NCBI GenBank assembly: GCA_965285935.1
Contig: OZ260666.1
Location: 49,290,001 to 49,354,000 of the forward strand
DNA: 64,000 bases
DNA from: Ophelia neglecta
Lineage: Eukaryota
Direction of reading: 5' to 3'
Positions within the stretch are counted from its first letter, which is position 1, and each line of letters starts with the position of its first letter. The position numbers and the translations under genes were made by a program. Below are positions 55,799-64,000 of this stretch, one piece after another. Below the pieces are notes generated by a model. The model saw nothing but the letters and a program-made list of their open reading frames with translations. It did no database searches and had not been told where the DNA came from.

Positions 55799-56067
55799 AG
55801 AAATCTTCACGCTTGTCATTGAGTGATTGGGGGAGAGGGGGGAGGGGGGCAATAAAAAGCAAAAATTTGGTTATTTTCATAAAATGATCATAACACCCTA
55901 ACCGTAATATGTCTTTGCAGAATCAAATGATACTGTGAAAAAGACAGTCCAATAACCAAATAGTTTTGTCCACTAAAAGAAGAAATTGGTTTCTAATAAG
56001 ATGTAGGCTGTTGGATGCTACTCCAGAGTAACCAACAAAGAAAAGTGTTGATTTTATTAGACGCAAA

Positions 56068-56239
56068 CAGTGGCAGATCCAGGATTTCAGGAAGGGGGGA
56101 GGGCCAAAATTTTTCAAGCCTGACAAGGCAAATGTCTAGTTAGTCCCCGTTACCAACTGTCTGAAAGCATGTTGCGTAGGTCCAGAAATAGGCCCTGGTC
56201 CGGGCCCACTTTTTGGCCAAAGGCCTAAATCCGCCACTG
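56068..56239. mobile_element. MITE-like non-autonomous element
   Basis: Terminal inverted repeats CAGTGGCAGATCCAGG ... CCTAAATCCGCCACTG enclose 172 bp with no coding content. No clean target-site duplication is visible. Confidence 0.65.
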
Positions 56240-58160
56240 CACAAACACAAAATAACGACTTGTATATTTGTAAATACAATTAGTCCTGCTGCTTTGAAAA
56301 AGAAAGAATCAATATGAGTGCAATATGTAAATACATGTGTTTTGACTTTAAATCTTTTAGATACATATCTTCATTGTGTAAATATGATATGATTTTAGAT
56401 AGAAATGTAGGTTGAAAAAAAAAGACAGTAACACTGACCTTTCCAGTCCGTTTCCTCTTTTAGTGCTACTTAGGTACTCATGTGACTATATTTTATTAAC
56501 ATTACTTCTGCATTTTCCTAATTGATAGTATACGTGTATTTTTTAAAACACACTAAAGTACTTTGATTTTGAACAACATCTTTGAAGGATATATTATGTT
56601 CATTGTAGAATATGATAAATAATCATCTCCAAACGTTGAGTGAGTTGATTTTATAGTTCTGAGATTCTTCTACGCCTAACACCTAATCTACTTAACTGCA
56701 AATTTTACCATCGAAGGGGCGACTTATTGTTTAAAAAACACCAATAGGTGGCTGGAAGAGGGTGTGATTTGGTACGTTATAATAAAATGACGTCTGATTT
56801 GGCAAAACTTTGGTCATGTGATCAAACCATAGCGGCATCTGATGATATTCATATACCTACTAGGGGATCATCCATATTTATAAACACATTTTGAGGTCAG
56901 CGGCTTTGCGGGTTTTCCGACACATTTTTAAATGTTGATTTTCCATTAATTCTAATTTGGCAAATTTTATTCCGCTCATGTTTCATGCACATATTAAAAC
57001 GCATAATCCGTCCGCGTGAAACCGCTGCGTGCAAGTTATAAAATAAGGACTCGACCACCGATTTGTCCACCGTTTTAAAACTTTTCAACACTTTCGGGCA
57101 TGCTTCTGATAATTGAAACTGGTCTACATTGTTTTTGATGTTTTACCTGACACAAATCCCTCTCCTCTAATCCCTCTTGCCATTCTTCCCATTTATTAAC
57201 CTGATTCCTTTCACTATCTTTACAACACTTATCTTAAATTTATGGTTAATTCAAAGTAAAGGGGGGCTATGAGTATTATATCTTAGAAAAAAAGATTGAA
57301 AAGGAAATATCATATTATAAAGGTTAAAGCACAACAACGCAATGCCTATTAAGACTGATGGCAAGGCTGTGCGCGCAAAGTTATACAAATATAGATGTGG
57401 AACTACTTCTGCAACTGGTTTAGATAATAGGCCTATATGCATTTTGTGCAAACCGTGGTATTTTTCTGTTTGATTTATTTCAGCCTTTGGCCCTTATGTC
57501 GGTTTGCAAAATAGCACACGGTGTCATGTGTTACATTTTTTAATCAAACATTGATTTTACATAGTTTCTGTCTTGGGACAACACCTGTTTAAAGATCACA
57601 GATATTCAGTATTGATTGCTGGAAAGCTGAAATCAACAATAAAATCACCCAGCGTCACGCCTCACCTCAATGGGAGGCAAGACATTGGTTCAATCAAACT
57701 GACCATGTTTCAACAACTGTTGTCAATCGATCCGTTTTAAATAGTCATTGTTGACTATGTGTCTGCTGAGTTCAGCTACCGTATGCTGCGAAATATCTGT
57801 CCTTATCAGTTAACTGCGCTTCATCACTAATTGCCCGTGACAGGCTATTGTTCACAGATGTAACGGAGTATTTGAAAGATTAAAAATATCTAATCAAAGA
57901 TTGGCACTTGGTTATCGGCATAATCTTCAATCGAGCTGCTCAATCGCGGGATAAATCTGCATCTACAATTAAGTGGAAAACTATTTATCCAGACCATAAA
58001 GACAGTGTTTTTAAAACCGTCCGCCTATCTTATATTCAGTGATTGGTTGAAAGGGAATTATTCATTACATCGTACATAAAGTACAGCTTGATATTTATTA
58101 ATACTTGTTCTTGGAGTGTGATCCTGCCTCGGTCAATTCGGTACTTCAACGTCGGACACC

Positions 58161-59566
58161 ATGGTTGGCCTGTCCTGGATAGCTTTACTGGCTGCTGTTT
58201 GTTTCTTAAAGCACACACGTTCACAAAACATCGGTAAGAAAACTCACGCTATGGTATACTATTTGATATAATAGTTCTGATAATTCGCCTGTCTATTCCC
58301 CTTTATATTGCCGTTGAACATAACCTTTAGTTTTGATAAAACGTTTAATTTGTGTTCATAACTTAAACGAGAATCCAGTCCTCTCTATGCCTATGAGATC
58401 TGATGTTTTCTTAAACCTGTTTCCAGATATAGTAGAGATAATGAAAAACCGAAACAAAGTCCCCAAGTCGGACGGAAGTAGATGTATGAGTAAACCCCGT
58501 TTAATGTACGGGAACGCCGACACGTCGGATAGGCAATTCGCGACTTATTCCTGCGGAAATGAATATGTATTGGTGGGACAGAAAAAGTCGGCATGCGCCG
58601 GTGGTTCATGGCCGTCACTCACTTTATGTGCAGGTATGGCTATATTTTCTTAATCGGAAAATCTATTGTGGAGATATGACCATGTACGGTTGTCACCATA
58701 CATGCATTAAAGCTAATTAAATACATACTCCATACAGAGTATTCTTATTGTCGATTTATATTTTAAGCCAAGATTTGAGTATTATGATGATAGGTACGAA
58801 ATGATTGCTTGATAAATTGTAAGAAAATCACTATTTTTAGCAAAGAAGTGCAAATTACTATCTAGCCTGATGACGGGACCAAACCGTACGACTACCGTCC
58901 GCGCCCAGAGGAGTGTGCTCGTATTTACCTGTGACCCCGGGACAAATATGACCGGAGACCCGATCATTTACTGTGGCGGTTCTTACGTCATGCCCTCCTG
59001 GCGTGGGCAGGCGCCTTCCTGTGATGGTAGGAATCACAAAATTTACATTGACAAGTTTCGCTGGAATCACCGGCTTATCGCTCAAAGACGCCCTTGTTAG
59101 CAGATTTTAATAACGCAAACTTTAAATAAGAAACAGTTCATAATTCGCCTATCGATACTAACTAGCTTTAGAGATTCCATTATTCTTCACAGGGCCGACA
59201 CCAACTATATTTACTACTGAAACAACGCCTACTACACAAGCTCCCCCGATTGAGACTACTCAAACCTTGAATGTAACCAGCTCGGTTTACACAAATGACC
59301 CTCAAGAAAATGGACAAAGCATAAACGGAACTGCAGAAAATACCAGTTATAATGTAACGACTGTCGCGCCTCTAACGACTACAAATGGAACTGATATCAA
59401 TGGGACTATGACTGCTCCATACAAACCCAAAGAAACACTCACGGGAATCTTTATTACAAATTTTCTAGGTGTTTTGATCGGTTTTACGGCACTAGCTGGC
59501 GTTATTGTTATCTCTATAATCGTTTGCAAACGTATGCAGAAGAATCAGTATTCAGAAATAAGATAA
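58161..59566 (+). CDS. Type-I membrane protein with 2 Sushi/CCP domains, Thr-rich mucin stalk, TM and short tail (paralog A, about 279 aa)
   Basis: Exons 58161-58233 (signal peptide MVGLSWIALLAAVCFLKHTRS), 58427-58633 (C..YSC..EYVLVG..C.GGSW..C), 58841-59026 (C..FTCDPG..MTG..IYC..W.G.APSC) and 59193-59566 (T/N-rich stalk, TM FLGVLIGFTALAGVIVISIIV, tail KRMQKNQYSEIR). All introns are phase 1. Confidence 0.88.
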
Positions 59567-59589
59567 ATGTGACACTGTATGGAGTAGAG

Positions 59590-59682
59590 AAATCATGGCC
59601 TTTAGACCATTAGGGAATGAGAAATACCTATAGCCGCAGGCGACGTATTTGCTATTCCTAAGGGAACATTAGGCCTTGATGT
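59590..59682. repeat. Imperfect inverted repeat/hairpin just downstream of the Sushi paralog A stop
   Basis: Arms ATCATGGCCT..TTAGGGAAT..AAATAC and GTATTT..ATTCCTAA..AGGCCTTGAT surround a central GCCGCAGGC. Confidence 0.55.
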
Positions 59683-60599
59683 ATCTGTGTTAGGCTGGTT
59701 GTCGGTATGTGCGGTAATAGTTCTACAGGCATAGGCCTAAAGTGTGACAACAGACCACAGGCCTATGGGGCAAAAATCAATATCATATCGTCCATATAAA
59801 TAGATCGTGTTCGTGTTTGTTAGTTTACATCGTTCTCTCTTTAAATATAATTTTGTGTATATAGGCCTATATGGCCTTAGGTTTATCCGGATTTAAAAAT
59901 CTTAGTATATTAATTTGTTTGTAAGGCCTATCTGTTAGGGTTTTGATTTCAATATCTCAATTGCCAGGTTCTTATTCTGATGAAGAAGGTTGGTATCTCG
60001 AGATATTAAGGCCTATATGTTGTTTACAGTAGGAATATAAGACCTTTGTAGCATAAACCTCACATTTGTTGCTTAAGTAAATAAGGATAAAATAACGAAT
60101 ATGGCATGCACACCCGCTAAGGCAGATCTTTAATGGCATGCACCGGATATGTGAATTTTGTTGATAAGACTCAGGCAATTGGAGTTGACTGGGTTCCAGC
60201 AAATGTCACAGAGATGTCTCCTTCCGGTGTATAATTTGATATGGGGCTCTTAACAGTACACTGCACTTAACCAAATAAAATAATCATTACTAATCAAATT
60301 GGTGTGGAACACATTAATCGATACACAAACATATAAATATATTCATGTAAAAGACTGAATAATAAATATAGTTATAGTGTTTTGTGTTTACAGTGTATAG
60401 TTTAATGTACCTCTGTCGCCAAGGGGTATTCAAATTTGAATTAACGAGAAAAAAATACCCATCACCAACAGAAATTGTCCCTGTGGAGCCCATTGGTTTA
60501 CAGGAAGTCGAAAAGCATCCATGGCATGTGACTATAATGCACAAAATTATGCAATGAACATAAATCTCACTTCTATACTTTCGCGGCGGACAAGTGACC

Positions 60600-62665
60600 A
60601 TGCATTGTTTAAGGGATGCCGTTCTGGTATTATCGTTCATAACCTTCTTGTTGCGTTTAAATGAAGCAGTCTACTCGGAATTCAATGAAATAAGTGAGTA
60701 ATTAATCTAAACAATAACACTTTCATCGATCTTCTATTTCCGATATTTGCGTAAAAAACTTGGACCGTTTTCCCCTCGTAAAGGATTTCTCAGTGGACAC
60801 CGTCCTGACTTATAAGGTATATAAGTAAGGTGTTTATGTTTTCCATCATACCCAGGTAAGGTAGACATCATTGATATCCTCAAACAAAAGGATAATGTGT
60901 ACGTGCGTGACGGAAGTTTATGTACAGCTACCAGGCTGAAGTATGGCCGTGTCAAGCAGACAGTGAAGGGTATGGTGGCCAGGACTTCGTGTCGCCGGCG
61001 GTACGTTTTGGTGGGAAAGTCGTACACATTCTGCATTGGAGGAGAATGGACACCGCGACCCATCTGCTTAAGTAAGTTTCGGGTTTTGTAGAACAGAAAA
61101 CATAAAAACTTATTTTCTATGATGTAATATGTGTATATTTTTAAACATCATGTCCTTACCTTTGTTTTCGAAATTAGTGAATGTTTAAAAAGTACACACA
61201 ATAAAATTGACTCTTTAATGTTGATGAAATTGTTAATCTTATATTCTTATTGCATGATTAACATCTAATTCCCTTATCAACATTTAATATTTAAGCTCCT
61301 GCCTTTTTTCATTGACAAATTCTAATTTATAAGGCTATAACTGTCTCTTTCAATACATTAGATGAATATAAGTCTCTCCAAATCATAATCACAAAATCAT
61401 AAACAGCACCCCCCCCCCCGGCTATGTCCCAATGAGCAACGATAATGGACTTAATTATTAGTGCAAAAATTTGTCCTCGTAAAAAGGGAGACCCCTTCTA
61501 GGCTGACTGGGCCTATTTTCTGTACATTCTAGAGTCGTCGGTTAACTTAATTTGTTTCAAGTCAAGTTGTTTGAGAATGTGGTCCTCTTGTTTTGATTTG
61601 GATAACATTTAGAGTTCTAATCGCCTCCTTTGATATAAGAATATAATTATTAAAATAGGTTTTCTTTTGCTTCTACAGTTAGTAGGGATTGTGCAGCATA
61701 ACCTACATTTTTAATGGATAATTACCATAATACTCTTATTATTACGTTCACTTATTACATTCCCAGCCAATATCTACTGGGGTTTTTCTGTATTGATTAA
61801 TGGATTTCTCCTTGCACATTTTACTTTACAAATAATTCAATGTAGCTGGCATTTCTTTTAAGCTCTAGGATGTGATATCACTAGCCGCCTGCTGAGAGCC
61901 TCCTCGCCTCACCGACAGACTAAAGTCGCCCAGCAGCAGACGGTGCTGATATTTTCCTGCGATGAGAACTATGTCCTGCAAGGCGATTCAGCTATGTATT
62001 GCTCCGGTGATAAAAGGAATCCGCGGTGGATAGGAACGCCGCCTGCTTGTGTGGCTAAAGGTTAGACTTACACTCATCTGCAGGAAATCCACCAAATTAT
62101 ATTCCACATTAAATTGTCAAAATACCCTACAAATACTAGTATATTAAAATTACAATGTATGTCTTCAGATGATGTGCGAAACACACCAGCCAACATCATA
62201 GCATGGAGTTCAGAAGCGCCCACAACTGATCTGCCAACAAGCAGGCTGACCTCCTCGAGGTCGACACTGACGATTACCAACCAGTCATCGACCGATACCG
62301 GTACTTCGCAGACGAACTTCACCCTAACAGTTCTTGGGATAAGTAGAGATTCTATAAGCACGGTGATTCCGACTTCCGTTTCATCGAACTATTCCTTCGG
62401 TTATTCATCCGAACAAAATGGAACTGAGGCTATAACAGACTCTATGGCGGCATTCCAAAACGAACTTGGTTTTTTAGGCGAGATACCAGACTCTAGATGG
62501 TTCGCTAATCTTAAAGTAACAGGAATAGTTTTAGGTTGTATTTTGTTCATAGTTGGAACTGTGATTATGCTTTATTTGGTTTTAAAACGACGAATGCGCA
62601 TGCGAGTAAGAGCAGACGAGTACGGCGACTTCCGCTTTGAACCTCTACATTCCGGTACCGGTTAA
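60600..62665 (+). CDS. Type-I membrane protein with 2 Sushi/CCP domains, Ser/Thr stalk, TM and short tail (paralog B, about 334 aa)
   Basis: Exons 60600-60693 (signal peptide MHCLRDAVLVLSFITFLLRLNEA), 60856-61071 (SCRRRYVLVG..C.GGEW..P.C), 61863-62060 (FSCDENYVLQG..MYC..W.GTPPAC) and 62169-62665 (stalk, TM VTGIVLGCILFIVGTVIMLYLVL, tail KRRMRMR..YGDF). All introns are phase 1. AATAAA at 62807. Confidence 0.86.
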
Positions 62666-62797
62666 TACACAGGTAGATCGAAACACTCGATCAAAATGCT
62701 ACTTTATCACCACGTGATTTATATATAATATCATAAACACTTAAAATGTGAATGAAAAGACGAAACATATAGGCCTAGTACGCTCTAGTGTAGTTGT

Positions 62798-62812
62798 TTT
62801 ATTTTCAATAAA
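62798..62812. terminator. Opposed poly(A) signals for convergent genes
   Basis: TTTATT at 62798-62803 (AATAAA on the minus strand) and AATAAA at 62807-62812 (plus strand) lie in the 180-bp gap between the two stop codons. Confidence 0.6.
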
Positions 62813-62845
62813 TATATTTTTTATCTTCTTATCCATGTTGTGTAA

Positions 62846-64000
62846 CTAGTCCTGAAATGAGATTAAATAATCCTGAATGGCCGATGGGAGGGAAAGTCTT
62901 CTCACATATGTACACCTTTTGGTATGATCAAGGTTGTTGAGAATCACGAAGCGACACAACTGCTTCAGTGATCGGGGATTTGTTAAATGTGCTCGTAAAA
63001 ATAATGCAAACCTGGCACAACGGCCGCAGTCGCAGATTTCGGGTTCATGCATAGCTGTGAATTGAGTATTTAGTGCGTTGACGACATCTTGGAGAGTATA
63101 GTGGTCTGCGTGGTGGCAAAGAAGTGCCGCCAACTCAAAAAATTCCTCTCCGTCATTGACAAACTGGAGGTTGAGCGCTCCAAACTGTAGGACCTGGTAT
63201 AGAAAGCTGTGATTTGGCATGTAATAACACCAAGGTACTTCGGCTAGATTACCTGGGTCCCCGTACAAAAGTTTGTGGTATACAACAGCCCTGGCACCAT
63301 ACTGCAAAAGCGGCTTAGCGAGTTCCCTTACCAATGTCAAATCTGCCACAGAACGGTCCCTCGGGTAATCTTGCATCGTGTCCAGAACGCCCATTAGGAG
63401 GTCAAATCCGCCCACCATCCGACTCAGCCGCCTGCGGGTGCCAACCTCACATTCTGTTTTCGCGCCACCTTCAAGGAGAACGCGAACTAGTTTGGCTAAA
63501 CCGAGAGCCGAGGTCACGTCGATGACGTATCCCTCTACGTCACTGGTGACGGAAAGTAAATGTAGTAATGGAGGCAGGCGTTCTGGGGGGCAGTGATTGG
63601 GATCGCAGCCTGCGCCTAGTAAAGTCTTTATTACTTGCTGGTACAAATCGAGAATGGAGGGAATACACAACAAATCCAGTGCGTGAGTTCTAGAGCCATC
63701 GAACTGATTTAACTCCGATAAGCACATTACATCAATGAGATCACAAAGTGGGGTCATCCCATAGTCATTTACTGTCACACTGGCCCCATGATCTATCATC
63801 ATTTGCAGTAGCCGCAGTGTGTTATCGAGGCCATAAAGATTTCCTCTCATAGCGTCTCTTGTATCTGGGTGAGCCATGGGGTTATTGAAGACCGAATATC
63901 TCGTTAGATAACCTTCATTCATCAATAGCAAGTTGACAGAGCTTTTTCCATTGCAGTCGAGTACATTGAGGTTCGCTCTATTTTGAAGCATGCAGAGCGT
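62846..64000 (-). CDS. Ankyrin repeat and SOCS box protein (ASB-like), 3-prime terminal exon; gene continues beyond the window
   Basis: Open frame of more than 380 codons with ankyrin-type turns (ANLNVLDCNGKS, DHGASVTVNDYGMTPL, LLGAGCDPN, LLEGGA, LLQYGA). It ends in a C-terminal SOCS box, PRSLKQLCRFVILNNL...LSLPSAIQDYL. Confidence 0.9.
   Translation of the reverse strand, partial: TLCMLQNRANLNVLDCNGKSSVNLLLMNEGYLTRYSVFNNPMAHPDTRDAMRGNLYGLDNTLRLLQMMIDHGASVTVNDYGMTPLCDLIDVMCLSELNQFDGSRTHALDLLCIPSILDLYQQVIKTLLGAGCDPNHCPPERLPPLLHLLSVTSDVEGYVIDVTSALGLAKLVRVLLEGGAKTECEVGTRRRLSRMVGGFDLLMGVLDTMQDYPRDRSVADLTLVRELAKPLLQYGARAVVYHKLLYGDPGNLAEVPWCYYMPNHSFLYQVLQFGALNLQFVNDGEEFFELAALLCHHADHYTLQDVVNALNTQFTAMHEPEICDCGRCARFALFLRAHLTNPRSLKQLCRFVILNNLDHTKRCTYVRRLSLPSAIQDYLISFQD

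Noticed and set aside
55394-55852. 152-aa minus-strand ORF
   Set aside because: It is the antisense shadow of the GC-rich FN3 terminal exon.
55203-59566. Fusing the FN3 gene with the downstream Sushi/TM exons into one receptor
   Set aside because: The FN3 gene has its own stop and AATAAA, and each Sushi gene has its own signal-peptide exon.

Overview
This is AT-rich eukaryotic genomic DNA with GT-AG introns and decayed LINE fragments, most likely from a bilaterian (probably marine) invertebrate. It contains no prokaryotic features. Manual splicing gives five genes. (1) A 5-exon rhodopsin-class GPCR (8665-15604, +) with opsin-like loops but no retinal lysine and degenerate activation motifs. 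A symmetric phase-1 exon inserts a 138-aa, possibly SEA-like, domain into the middle of its extracellular loop 2. (2) An 11-exon secreted FN3-only protein (36173-55798, +, about 679 aa). Its central three repeats resemble neogenin/DCC FN4-FN6, but it has no Ig, transmembrane or cytoplasmic domains, an FNDC1-like layout. (3, 4) Two tandem paralogous type-I membrane proteins, each with 2 Sushi domains and a mucin-like stalk (58161-59566 and 60600-62665, +). (5) The last exon of an ankyrin/SOCS-box gene (62846 to beyond 64000, -), whose poly(A) signal is interlocked with that of gene 4. The rest is intron or intergenic DNA with Tx1/L1, L2-group and CR1 remnants, MITE/SINE-like pieces, two minisatellites and a strong excess of the palindrome TAGGCCTA. 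Family assignments come from recalled motifs, not database searches.
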